Of a stretch of 64,000 nt of DNA, positions 19,700 through 37,143 are shown piece after piece. The notes below the pieces were generated by a model. The model was not told where the DNA came from. It did not search any database and saw nothing but the letters and a program-made list of their open reading frames with translations. The translations under genes and the position numbers were made by a program. The stretch's first letter is position 1. The number at the start of each line of letters is the position of its first letter. The stretch comes from the human T2T-CHM13v2.0 reference genome, Homo sapiens: assembly GCF_009914755.1 (NCBI RefSeq), contig NC_060931.1; one strand, 5' to 3'.

Positions 19700-22600
19700 A
19701 GGCTCCCGATAATGGCAGACTAGATAATTTGGATCAACAGTGAGAATGACTAGAAAACCTGCACAAAATACAGAAATTGTCTATATGAAATGCTAGAGCA
19801 AATAGTAAAGCATTATTGGACAGGATTGGGTTGGAGTTGGGGCTAAGAATGGTGGGGGCCTTTTTCTCCCCTTGAGGTATTTGCCCAGAGATTGAGGAGT
19901 AATTTTGATAGGCTCACAGGGCTGAGAAATCACAGCTTAGAGTGCAAGGATCATGCATGGTGAATGTGTCTCCTTGTCTTGAGTTGGGACCCTGAAAGTC
20001 TGCACTATTATAGTAAAGATAAATTAGCTAGTAAGTTGTTCCTCACAGGGACTAAAGCTCAGCAACTAAAATTGGATTAAAGTGAAATCATATCGCTGGC
20101 TCCTCAAGTTTCCTTGTAGAATCAAATGTAAATCCTTGCTAGAAAGAAAAAGAAAACATCTAGGCCTCCAACTTATTCAATAATGAATTTTGCAAAAACA
20201 GTATTCACAGAATTAGAAATAACCAGGTTTGTTAGGAGATTAGACAATGCGAACATAGTGAGACCCCATCCCCACAAAAAATTAGCTGGGCAAAGTGGTG
20301 TGTGCTTGTATTCCTAGCTACTTGGGAGACTGAGGTGGGAGGATTGCTTGAGCCCAGGAGTTCAAGGGTGCAGTGATAGTGCCACTGCACTCCAGCCTAA
20401 GTGACAGAATGAGACCCTGTCTTTAAAAAAGAAAGAAAGAAAACCCTAAAAATTACAGTAACTGAAATTAACTCAGTAGAAGGGCTTAAGAACAGATTTG
20501 GCCTAGCATGAAACGAGAATTAATGAGCTAGAAGAAAATTAAGAAAATATCCAGAAAGAAGCATCATCAGCAAGAGGAGGATGAAAAGTAGAAGAGATTA
20601 AACATCTAATGTGGATGTAATTGCAGTCCAAGAAGGATGGAAAGTACAGAGAATGGGAAGGAAGCAATACTCGAAGACAGAATGTAATGGCTGAGAACTT
20701 TCAGAAGCTGACGAAAGGCATTCAGCCCATATTTAAGAAGTTGCACAAACCTCTAGCAGGATAATTAAGAAAGTAATATTTTTAAAGTGCAAAAAGAAAG
20801 TAACTTTCAAATCTAAAATTCTGTACCTGGTAAGCATATTCTTTAAATATGAAGGTGGTTGAAAAACGTTTCAGGCAAAATAAACTGGGAGAGCATATCC
20901 CTGCTAAACTCTCATTTAAAGTACCTCTTAGTAGAAGAAAAATAATAGGAGATACAGAAAGGAAAATGGAGCAATAGGTATGAGTAAATCTAAATGAATG
21001 TTGACTTAGGAAACAATAATATCTTGTTGATGTGGTGTGCGTATATGTATATCACATAGCAGCAAATGTACTAAAAGGGTATGGAATTTATGTTCTAAGG
21101 TCCATGCATAGTCTAGGAAGAGGGTGAAAAGTACCAATATTAGATGATATGTAAAAATCTGTTCTTGTAATGTCTAGAGTAGTCACTAAAAGAATAATAA
21201 GTACATATAATTACCAAGGTGTGGAGAGTTGTGGGGATGTGGAATAGTTAATCAGTATAAACAAAGGCCAAAAAAATGAGAAAAAGAAATAAAGAACAGA
21301 TGGAATATAATGAGACCTTGGTAAGTTGGTAGATCTACAAATATACTATAATTATACTAAGTGTGAACAGACAAAATGTTCCAAATTACAAGACAGGTTT
21401 CGGACTGGATAAGAAGGAAAATAGAAAAATGTGCTATTTTCTTTTTATGAGAAATATCTAAAAACTCAATGTATAAAATACTTAATGGGAAAAGACACAC
21501 CATATAAATATTAACCAAAGGCAAGATGGTATAGTAGACAAAATCCATTATTTGAGGTAAAGAGGGACACTTTGTAAGGATGAAAGTCTCTCTTCATCTG
21601 AAAGATATGAGTTGTAAATTTATACAGGTTATAAACTTACAAAAAAATGACAGAATTTCAAACTAATAGAAAACTCCATAGTCACAGTGGAAAATCTTAC
21701 CACTTTACGCAATAATTGAAGCCGAGCAGTGTGGCAGGTGCCTGTAAGTGCTAGCTACCTAGCTACTCGGGAAACTGAGAAATCACAGGTGGGAGGATGG
21801 CTGAAGCCCAGGAGTTTGAGTTCAGCCTGGGCAGCATAGCAAGACCTATCTCTAAAAAATAAGTAAGTAAGTAAATAAATAAATAACAAAACAAGCAGAC
21901 TAAAAAATCAGTAAAGATAGAGAAATAAGGGCCAGGTGCAGTGGCTCACACCTGTAATCCCAGCTACTCGGGGGGCTTAGGCAGGAGAATCACTCGAACC
22001 CAGGAGGTGGAGGTTGCAGTGAGCTGAGATGGCACCATTGCACCCTGGCCGAGGCGACAACAGCAAAACTCCATCTCAAAAAAAAAAAAGATAAATAAGA
22101 TTGAATACCACAATTAACATAACGTCTTATGGACATTGTGGAACACTGTACCCCAAAATATACATTCTTACAATAAAATATTTTTAACTGACCATATGCT
22201 AAAGTCTTAAATTTGAAAATATTGAAAAATACCATATATTTGGAAATGAAATTCTTGTGATAACTAAAGTCTACTGATACACAATCCTGGAATTCTAGAT
22301 TAAAGGAAAAAATTATTTAGAAGACATTATTGAGACAAATGATATAATTAAGAAACATGGTCTATAGTTTAAAGTACTGTAAACAAAGTCATTTTTTTTT
22401 TAACTGTACTATGGGCACATAAGAAAATCCTTTTTTTTAGGAAATGCACACTGAATTATTAAGGGGTTGAAGGGCTATGAGGAGGCAAACTAAAAATTGA
22501 TTAATCTGTATAAGGAGATATATGATCTCTATATACTTGCAAATTTAACTTTGAAATTGTTTTAAAATAAGCAGTTTAATACATTCAAATCATCAAGAAA

Positions 22601-24210
22601 TTCCAGTAGATGGTAGAAAACATTTTCATCTGAATGATAGTGAAAAACATCAGTCAATCAAGCCTTGAGGTTTTTCTTTTTAATAACTGAAGCCATATTT
22701 GGAGGACAATTTATATTATTAAATGCATATGTTATATGTTGAGGATAAAGTCAATTCACTAAACATTTATTGCAGTTTAGGGAAAGTAGGTAATTAAACC
22801 CAAAGTAAGTGGGTTTTAAAAGAAACATAATAAAGACAAGTGTAGAAATAGTCAAAGCCAAAAATTCAGTCTTTCAAAAGACTAGTAAATAATCAACAAT
22901 TCTCTGTATGAGTGATTGAGAGAGCAGGCCCAAATAACCACTACCAGGAGTAGGAAGGTGGCATTACTCCATATTTCAAATGCATTTTCAAAGATAAAAA
23001 GGATATCTGTCAATAATAATGAAAATTTTTACATGATATTGGAAAACTTAGAGAATGAAGCTTTTTAACAAAACTTTTGCTAAATACAATAGAAAGTCAG
23101 AATAGTCTTTTAATGTTCATTCATAATTTAAAACCTTCCCACAAAGAAAATTACACATGCAAATGACACAGATGAATGTACCATATAGTTAAGGCAAAAA
23201 TAGCCCCTTTTGGCCGGGCGAGGTGGCTCACGCCTGTAATCCCAGCACCTGGGGAGGCCGAGGCGGGCGGATCACAAGGTCAGGAGATTGAGACCATCCT
23301 GGCTAACATGGTGAAACCCCGTCTCTACTAAACATACAAAAAATTAGCCAGGCGTGGTGGTGGGTATAGTCCCAGCTACTCGGGAGGCTGAGGCAGGAGA
23401 ATGGCGTGAACCCAGGAGGCAGAGCTTCCAGTGAGCCGAGATGGGGCCACTGCACTCCAGCCTGGGTGACAGAGCGAGACTCCGTCTCAAAAAAAAAAAA
23501 AAAAAAAAAGCCCCTTTCTTATACAAACTTGTCTGGAGAATGGCAAAAAAATGAATTCTTTCCAACTTGTTATATGAAGCCAGCATAACCTTTACACCAA
23601 AACTGACAAGGAATAGAAATGGAAAATTACAGGCCAGTCTCACTCATGAAATGAATGTAAAAATTCCAAGAAACGGAAAATAAGTAGGAAACAGATGATT
23701 TGAGAGGAGGGGAAAACTTGCCTTAAATCTCGTAGTATTGTCATTTTGGGACAGTGTAATCACAACCAATTTGGCCTCATCTTAGGGATACAGAATTCAT
23801 TTAACATGCCAAAATCATTGATGCTAAAATCTTGCATGTCATATTAAAAGAATAAAGGAAAAAGTATATGCCTATCTCAATAGAAGCAGTAGAAACATTC
23901 CATAAAAATTAAATATACATTCATGATACAACATCTTAGCAAACTAGAAATAAAAAAGAACTTCCTAAACCTGATAAAGATTATTTATGGAAAGCAGAAA
24001 ACGTACTTAATATTGGAATATTGAAAGTCTTTGCATTGAGATTAGGAACAACATAAGGGTGACCATTTTGACCATTTCATGTAACCTTATATTAAATAAG
24101 GGTAGTAAAGAAAAAGTTTACTAAGGTAAAAAAAACTTGAGTTGCCTATAAAAGTATTTGAAATGTTATAATTCACAGATATGATTATATACTAAGGAAA
24201 TCCAATGTAA
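19700..24210 (+). mobile_element. Ancient fragmented L1M, interrupted by Alus at ~20250-20440, 21720-21890, 21929-22090 and 23211-23509
   Basis: A-rich degenerate ORF2-like text, e.g. tatgaagccagcataacc and atctcaatagaagcagtagaaacattccataaaa. Confidence 0.7.
23211..23509 (+). mobile_element. AluY
   Basis: CpG-rich dimer, long poly(A), TSD-like aaaa.agcccctt. Confidence 0.93.
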
Positions 24211-24961
24211 TTATTAACTGGGTATCCCCTTTTTCTAACTGGCAACCCTATTTAGTTACATGTAAACATTTAAAATCACATTATATAAAATTGTTAATTT
24301 AGAAATACTGTATTTTGTACATTTTATAGAAAAACTTAAATAAAATTCTTGTTATGTATCTTCTATATCGTTGCCTTTCTATCTTCTCTAGAACTTCTCT
24401 TGAGTTATCAAACATAGTCTGGCAAAGTAAATCATCTTTCCTCAGTTTCAAATTGGAAACTTTTTAAAGTGCTGTATCTCATTATACTGTTGCTTAAAAG
24501 TTTTATTACAAGGCATAACATCAAGAATTTTGCCCTTCTCTGTCTGTATTTATCCTGATTTATCTTGTGGCCCCTAGAACATAACTACCTATTATTTAAA
24601 AGTGGTCTTTTAAAATGTTTATTTTCAGCAGGCTTGCATAATGTAGAAATTACAAAATAGTTAATAAATCTGATTATATATAATTGACTATTTTTTGCCA
24701 AGTCCACCAAGTGAAAGTGAACTCTGTAAGCTTATAAAAACTGAATGATGGATGCATGTGGTTCTCAAACTTTCAAAATATTTATGTGTCCATAATCTTT
24801 CTTGAGGGATAATTTGAGAGGTGAGGGAAACTTGCCTTATTAGGGATACGTTTGATGTTTTAAAAGATTATTATATAAATTCTTTATAATCCTATTTTAT
24901 GTTTTTATGTCTTTTTTTATTCTTGGACTTTTTCCTCATTGTATATTTTTATATGAAATAA

Positions 24962-25096
<135 letters not shown>

Positions 25097-26164
25097 TAAT
25101 TTTATGGTATTATGTAATCATTTTTATATAATTTGTTAAGTATATTCACTTTTAGAACATTTTCCTTAAGTCACAGTTAAGTAATACGTTGTTAGATGAC
25201 TGCAATAACACATGACTGATAAGACTTTCCCAGAAACTTAGTTGGAAAGCATTCTTTTCTGCTGTAAAATTTCAAAACTAATAATAAACTACACTTAGTA
25301 TTTTAATAGCTCATTTATCTAATAGGTATTGATAACTTATTATCACTTATTTTCCAATTTTAAAGAAATACCAAAATTTAAATGCCAAATCAACCATTTT
25401 TTTGCCAGTATTGTAAAATATTTTAACACTTGAATAAACCCTTAATTGTTATTTTAAGGTTTGCTGAAATTTGAGATGCCTGCCTTATGCTGCAATTTTT
25501 TTAAAACTGCAAACAGGTGGAAATTTTAAGACACTAGGATACAGGGATTGTTAAACTGTTCCGCACACTTTTTACTTCTTGTCTGATAAAATGCTTACTT
25601 ACACAATTACTTGTTATGCCTTTTGCCCTGGTAAGAAAATCATCAACTGTCCAAAGTCTTAGACATCAGTGATTAGGGAGAACCACTAACCTCCATGGAG
25701 CGGGGGCAGCTGGAGGTGTTGTCTAACCCCTTTTTAAAATCCCATTTAGGGCACATACTGACATTTAATTTACACACCTATGAAATCCCATGACCTCTTC
25801 TGTTGTTTTACACACAAAAGAAATGTCACTGCCTAAATAAGTCAAGAAATGTTTATTAGAATGAGCCAGCGTAAAAGAGACCTCACAGAGAATTTAAATG
25901 TTTTTCTATGTATAAATTGTGTCAGACTTTAAGGCAGTCATCACAATCTATTATTATCATTTTGGAACATAGCTGGGGGTGGAGCATTTGGGAATTTTTT
26001 TAAGGTAATTAAATCCCTGTATTACCTGATTCCCTTAAAAGAGATTTTTACACATAGTTTTACCATTTCTTGATGCCCCAGCATCATTCTTATATCTGTT
26101 TATTATTATGCATTATGTTGTGTATCTTTTAGTTTTTCTTGTTATCAGCTCTCATTTGTTTTTA

Positions 26165-26448
26165 CCTCTGTTTTTGTTTTTTGTTTTTTGTTTTTTTTTG
26201 AGACGGAGTCTCACTCTGTCACTTAAGCTGGAGTGCAGTGGTGTGATCTCAGCTCACTGCAACCTCTGCCTCCTGGGTAGCTGGGATTACAGGTGCCCAC
26301 CACTGTGCCCAGCTAGTTTTTGTATCTTTAGTAGAGATGGGCTTTCACCATGTTGGCCAGCCTGGTCTTGAACTAGTGACCTCAGGTGATCTGCCACCTC
26401 AGCCTCCCAAAGCACTGGGATTACAGGCGTGAGCCACCATACCTGGCC
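26165..26448 (-). mobile_element. AluS with small internal deletion
   Basis: Reverse Alu dimer with T-rich tail. Confidence 0.9.
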
Positions 26449-26641
26449 CTGTTTTTACTTTTCTCTTTGACACAACTATAGTTAATGAAATACTATTTTC
26501 TTTATTTACCATATTCTAATCAGAATAGTATATTTTGCCAAGTAGAATAATTGGTGGGTTTAAACTTTTTTTATTCTGAGTAATTGAAAATTTGTAATGA
26601 ATATTTATTGAATGAATGAAGAGAGATAATTATAGGCATTT

Positions 26642-26660
26642 CTACCATCTAGTGGCAAAA
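26642..26660 (-). promoter_or_regulatory. Candidate CTCF site
   Basis: Minus strand TTTGCCACTAGATGGTAG matches the CCASYAGRKGGC core except at one position. Confidence 0.55.
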
Positions 26661-27513
26661 GGTAGCAATCATAAAATAATTAATTTTAAATTAAACATCT
26701 GCCCTTAATGAAATTTATCCCTTTGACTTTTTTCTTACTGTTTCACTGAGTATATGGTTTGATTTATGGTCAAAGTTTACATTTTTTTTTATGCACCGCT
26801 GTCAATTTTTTCCACTATCATTTGTTGAAAAAACTTTCTGTTGAATTGTTTTTCAGCACCTTTATAGACCATATATATGTGTGGGATTATTCTGTTCCAT
26901 TGTGTTTTTCTCATTGCTAGTACTTCACTTTCATGATCATGATCATTGTAGTTTTTTATAGTAAGTCTTAACATAGTGTTTTTCAAATTTCTTCTTTTAT
27001 TTTTATAAATGATTTGTGCTTTTTTTCTTCTACAAAATAATAACATTGTGTGTAACAATTTTGATTTCTGAATTGAGGCAAAAAATTAAACAATCTTTGT
27101 TAAGTGCAAATTGCTTACATATCTTTATAGCCTATGTGATTATAAAAGGGTACATTTATTAGAGTAACTGGTAGTCATTTTTATGCATTTGACCCCATGG
27201 CACTGTTTTTCCCTTACTCATCCTATTCTACCATCATGAATATTTAAATGACTTTTTTGAGATTGGTTGCTTCTCAGGCTTATCTGGTTCCCTTGATCCT
27301 GTAGTAATGTTGATGTCAAACAATTATCTGGAAGAATTTCCAGCAGGAAATAAAGTCTCTGCCAGTTTGGTCTTGAGTTTTGGAGGGTAACTATGGGAGA
27401 AGCTTACAGAAGAAATGAAGCTTTTAATTTAATCTCACAAAGTTTGGTGGATGCTCTGTTATTTTCTATAAGATATTCTGGTGTGGTACCGTATGTTTTT
27501 CTTTCTGTAAGAG

Positions 27514-28285
27514 TGTTGCTGGAATCAGGAGACTGGAGAGACCAGTAGGTGAAACAGGAGGATTTTATTGAGTGCACTCATACCCAGCGGATTAATATCC
27601 AAAGACCAGGCCTAGAACAAAGACTGGGCCTAGAACAAAGGCTGGGCCTAGAACAAAGACTGGACTTGGCTTTTATACACACTTCTAAAAGGGGATGGGC
27701 TAGTTTGAAACAAGCTTACAGTGGCGTGAAGCATAGTGGTGTGAAAGCTCAGGTACAGAAGCAGAACAAAGGCAGTTAATCATACTTTGACAGGTTCATA
27801 ACTCAGGCTTACAATGACTCTTGCTATGCGGCCTAGATGGCTGTTATCTAGGCTTGCTCTAGTGCCTTGTGCTGGCTTATCTCATAACCTTCACTATGGT
27901 GTCTAGATGGCTACAATCCAGGCCCGCCCAGGCATGTCTCATGACTTTCACTGAGCTGCTTAGATAAAACAATGCTTGAAGTTACTAGTTATAGAAAACA
28001 AGAATCTATAAACTCATAAGTTTACTCATACCATAGGAGAAAGAAAAATAAAGAAAATTTGTTTTTTTCTTCTCCCCATGTTGGGGGAGTGCTGGGAGAG
28101 TCTTCAGAGCACATTCCTTTGAGCCCTAGCTTCTTAGATAATATTATCAAGACTTTCCTGGGTCTGGGCTGTGCCTGTTTCTGCCTCTGGGATAAGTCAG
28201 CCTAATACATGAAAGCTTGTTTTTCAAACTTGCTTTTCTCTTTTTAATTTTATTTTTCTTTTTTTTTCTTTAATTTCCCACCTCA
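27514..28285 (-). mobile_element. Solo ERV1-class LTR related to the intron-9 provirus LTR
   Basis: TG...CA termini, 4-bp TSD AGAG (27510-27513 and 28286-28289), minus-strand TATAAAA (~27671-27677) and AATAAA (~27563-27568), similarity to 56487-57018. Confidence 0.88.
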
Positions 28286-28754
28286 AGAGAAGTATGTGGT
28301 TGATAAAACATAGTTATTTGGCTGCTAATTTTGCAAAGAATGGGTTAAGTAGCAAACTACTATTTTTGTCTTTTTCTATTTAGGTGTATGAATACTGTAG
28401 CAGTTAAGAATACTAAGAAAAGAGTGTCACATATACACTTTTCTAGCTTTCGGTTGCAATTAATATAGTAGAACATGTTCAGAATCATCATGGTTTATAA
28501 ATCCTTTTTGGTCCACCCCCACCCCCCCCCCATCCTTTTAGGTAGAGCATTGATTTTCCTGGGTGTTCTCATAATTTTTCCAAACCATATTTTCTTAAAA
28601 TGTACTCATTCTCTTCTAATTTTATATATATTTTTAAGATTCAAGACTTAATTTTAAGATTGAGTGGTGATATCTTTCAGAAGAATTATATTTCTGCTGT
28701 CTCATCTTCAAGACAGTCAATTTAAAGTGAAGGACTCAGAAATAGAGCTTCTAA

Positions 28755-29015
<261 letters not shown>

Positions 29016-30211
29016 TAAAGTACTGTGAAGTAGAAATCATAGTGCTTTTTATATAGTTGTTTCATTGTGATTTAATATTTTTTTTTCCCACTCCCAAGTT
29101 TTCCTTTGCTGGGTTTTGTATTGTAGCTGACAATTTAAAGCTTTATAATACGCTATGAATGTCTGATGACTGATTGTTTTCTTTATAGCACAAATTATAA
29201 TGCCTTGCTTGTAGGAGGATCTCTGAATGTTAAACAGATGAGTTATTTTCGAGATGCACTGAAATGAAAATTTTGCATCACCAAGGTGGTTTAGTGGAGC
29301 AGAATTTTCTAGAAAGATACACTGTTCGATTTAGTTCTCAAATATATATATTTAACCCTGTGAGAAGTTAGGTAAAAGAATATGGCTAGCCCTGCCCTCA
29401 ACATTTTGTAATTGTAATTGCGAGAGCAGCACTTAGGGAGATATGCCCAAGGCACTTAGTTGTTTCTCACTGCAGGTAAGAAAAACATTACCATCTTCCT
29501 CAGCTTTTTAAAACTCATGAAGGTCAAGATCCAAACTTGGTGTTTGACTTCAAATCATATAAGGTTATAACAGCTACATGGTACATTAATGTATAATATT
29601 AATTGCATGATTTTTAGGTATTCTTTTAGTACGTTGACATAGAAAGCATATTGATACAGTAAAGAAGCAAATGAGAAAAAAAAGAATCCTAATGTTTGAA
29701 GATTTGAGGAAAAATAAGACTTCTAGAAATAATTTAGGTCATCCTTTTTATATCATAATTTACCAAATTAAAAGGTTTCTGTCAGAAAGTTCTATCCCTT
29801 CTGGGAAAGCATGGTCATTCCTGTGTATTATCAGCTGTACAGGAAACAAAGACTAAAATAATTCTCTGTTCTTTTGGAAACGTAGTTATTTAGTGAGGAA
29901 GTATTCTGGGCAGGAACAATCAGACCCCATTTATAGTAACTATTTGTTCAAGGTCTGTGACTTTAAAAAAAAAAAAAAATTTAAGTACAATTTTAAGTTT
30001 CCAAAACTGCTTAAAATCAAATATCACTTTGATTTGCTTTCCCAGATATTAGTAGTGCATACATTACTATGTCTGTGTTTTCAAACTTGACTGTACATCA
30101 GAATCACTTGAAGAGCTTTACAAAGGAGATGACCAGACTTGCAAATCTGTAGGAATGAACCTGGTCAGTATATCTACTGATGACCAGGTTCATTCTTAAA
30201 ATTAAAAAAAA

Positions 30212-30860
30212 ATTTTTTTTGAGACAGGGTCTCACTCTGTTGCCCAGACAGAAGTGCAATAGCGTGAATCACGGCTCACTACAGCCTCCACCTCCTGGTC
30301 TCAGGTGATCTTCTCATTGCAGCCTCTCGAGTAATTAGGACTACAAGTGTATGCCACCATGCCTGGCTAATATTTTTTTTTTTTTAAGAGGGGGGGTTTT
30401 GACACGTTGGCTCAGGCTGGTCTCGAACTACTGGGCTCAGGCAGTCTGTCTGCCTCAGCCTCCCAAAGTACTGAGATTACAGGTATGAGCTACCCACCTT
30501 GCCCCCCCTTTGTTTTTTTTGGAGACAGTGTTTTACTTTGTTGTCCAAGCTTGAATGCAGTGGTGTTTTCACTGCAGCCTTGACCTCCCAGGCTCAAGCA
30601 ATCTTCCCACCCCAGTCTCCTGAGTAGCTGTGCAACCACACCTGACTAATTTTTTATTTTTGTAGAGATGAAGTCTCACTCTAGTGAATTTTCTTATTTT
30701 ACTTTTTAGAGACAAGGTCTCACTCTGTCACCCAGGCTCGAGTGTAGTGGTATAGCCTTGGCTCACTGCAGCCTCAAACTCCTGGGAAACTGGGACTACA
30801 AGCGATCCTCCTGACTGAGAAGCTGGGACTACAGGGCGTGTGCTGCCACTCCTGGCTAAT
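30212..30860 (-). mobile_element. Cluster of three old antisense Alu pieces; the last is split by the L1 and resumes at ~37105-37176
   Basis: Alu right arm ends in ctggctaattt at the L1 tail; left arm (tgtaaagacgtggtctcactatgttgcccaggctgg) resumes after the L1 5' end. Confidence 0.8.
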
Positions 30861-31163
30861 TTATTATTATTATTATTATACTTTAAGTTCTAGGGTACAT
30901 GTGCACAACGTGCACATATGTATATGTATACATGTATACGTGTATGTTACATACGTATACATGTTACACGTTACATGTTACATATGTTACATATGTTTAC
31001 ATGTGTTACATATGTATACATGTGCCATGTTCGTGTGCTGCACCCATTAACTCGTTATTTACATTAGGTATATCTCCCAATGCTATCCCTCCCCCCTCCC
31101 CCAACCCCACAACAGGCCCCGGTGTGTGATGCTCCCCTTCCTGTGTCCAAGTGTTCTCATTGT

Positions 31164-34985
<3,822 letters not shown>

Positions 34986-35048
34986 TGTGATGTTAGCTGG
35001 TTATTTTGCCCTTTAGTTGATGCAGTTTCTTCCTAGCATCAGTGGTCT

Positions 35049-36065
35049 TTATGATTTGGCATGTTTTTGCAGTGGCTGGTCTCAGTTGTTCCTTTCCATG
35101 TTTAGTGCTTCCTTCAGGAGCTCTGGTATGGCAGGCCTGGTGGTGACAAAATCTCTCAGCCTTTGCTTGTCTATAACGGATTTTATTTTTCCTTCACTTA
35201 TGAAGCTTAGTTTGGCTAGATATGAAATTCTGGGTTGAAAATTCTTTTCTTTAAGGCTGTTGAATATTGGCCCCTACTCTCTTCTGTCTTGTAGAGTTTC
35301 TGCCGAGAGATCCACTGTTAGTCTGATGGGCTTCCCTTTGTGGGTAAACCGATCTTTCTCTCTGGCTGCCCTTAACATTTTTTCCTTCATTTCAACTTTG
35401 GTGAATCTGATAATTATGTGTCTTGGAGTTGCTCTTCTCGAGGAGTATCTTTGTGGCATTCTCCGTATTTCCTGAATTTGAATGTTGGCCTGCCTTGCTA
35501 GGTTGGCGAAGTTCTCCTGGATAATAACCTGCAGAGCATTTTCCACCTTGGTTCCATTCTCCCCGTCACTTTCAGGTACACCAATCAGACATAGATTTGG
35601 TCTTTTCACATAGTCCCATATTTCTTGGTGGCTTTGTTCGTTTCTTTTTACTCTTTTTTCTCTAAACTTCTCTTCTTGCTTCGTTTCATTCATTTGATCT
35701 TCAATCACTGATACCCTTTCTTCCAGTTGATTGAATCAGGTACTGAAGCTTGTGCATTCGTCACGTACTTCTTGTGCCATGGTTTTCAGCTCCATCGGGT
35801 CATTTTAGGACTTCTCTACACTGGTTATTCTAGTTAGCCATTCATCTAATCTTTTTTCAAGGTTTTTAGCTTCTTTGCAATGGGTTCAAACTTCCTCCTT
35901 TAGCTCGGAGGAGTTTCATCGTCTAAAGCCTTCTTCTCTCAACTCATCAAGGTCATTCTCTGTCCAGCTTTGTTCCGTTGCTGTCTAGGAGCTGCGTTCC
36001 TTTGGAGGGGGAGAGGCGCTCTGATTTTTAGAATTTTCAGCTTTTCTGCTCTGTTTTTTCCCCAT
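35049..36065 (-). pseudogene. L1 ORF1 (disrupted)
   Basis: ORF1p peptides (EIWDYVKRPNL, RRATPRHII) with premature TAG near 35986 and at 35274. Confidence 0.9.
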
Positions 36066-36639
36066 CTTTGTGGTTTTATCTACCTTTGGTCTTTGATGAT
36101 GGTGATGTACAGATGGGGTTTTGGTGTGGATGTCCTTTCTGTTTGTTAGTTTTCTTTCTACCAGTCAGGACCCTCAGCTGCAGGTCTGTTGGAGTTTGGT
36201 GGAGGTCCACTCCAGACCCTGTTTGCCTGGGTATCAGCATTGGAGGCTGCAGAGCAGCGAATATTGCTGAACAGCAAATGTTGCTGCCTGATCGTTCCTC
36301 TGGAAGCTTTGTCCCAGAGGGGTACCCGGCTGTGTGAGGTGTCAGTCTGCCCCTACTGGGGGTGCCTCCCAATTAGGCTACTTGGGGGTTAGGGACCCAC
36401 TTGAGGAGGTAGTCTGTCCGTTCTGAGATCTCAAACTCCGTGCTAGGAGAACCACTACTCTCTTCAAAGCTGTCAGACAGGGACATTTAAGTCTGCAGAG
36501 GTTTCTGCTGCCTTTTGTTTGGCTATGCCCTGCCCCCAGAGGTGGCGTCTGCAGAGGCACGCAGGCCTCCTTGAGCTGCAGCGGGCTCCACCCAGTTCGA
36601 GCTTCCTGGCCGCTTTGTTTACCTACTCAAGCCTCAGCA

Positions 36640-37107
36640 ATGGTGGGCGCCCCTTCCCCAGCCTCGCTGCCGCCTTGCAGTTCGATCTCAGACTGCTGTG
36701 CTAGCAATGAGCGAGGCTCCGTGGGTATGGGACACTCCGAGACAGACGTGGGTTATAATCTCCTGGTGTGCTGTTTGCTAAGTCCGTTGGAAAAGCTCAG
36801 TATTAGGGTGGGAGTGACTCGATTTTCCAGGTGCCGTCTGTCACAGCTTCCCTTGGTTAGGAAAGGGAATTCCCTGACCCCTTGTGCTTCCCGGGTGAGG
36901 CGATACCTTGCCCTGCTTCGGCTCACACTCGGTGCACTGTACCCACGGTCCTGCACCCACTGTCCGACAAGCCCCAGTGACATGAACCCGGTACCTCAGT
37001 TGGAAATGCAGAAATCACCCATCTTCTGCGTCACTCACGCTGGGAGCTGTAGACTGGAGCTGTTCTTATTCGGCCATCTTGGAACCACTCCTCCGCCACC
37101 CCTGTTT

Positions 37108-37140
<33 letters not shown>

Positions 37141-37143
37141 TAA
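36640..37143 (+). CDS. L1 antisense ORF0 homologue, open for 167 codons (MVGAPSPASLPPCSSISDCCASN...)
   Basis: gcaATGg Kozak context at 36640; N-terminus matches primate L1 ORF0; no stop until TAA at 37141; expression unknown. Confidence 0.6.

Noticed and set aside
27601-27668. Direct repeats as a CRISPR-like array
   Set aside because: The units are contiguous with no spacers, and lie within a mammalian LTR.
31087-31110. G-quadruplex motif on the minus strand
   Set aside because: This is the standard L1 3'UTR G-rich tract, not specific to this locus.
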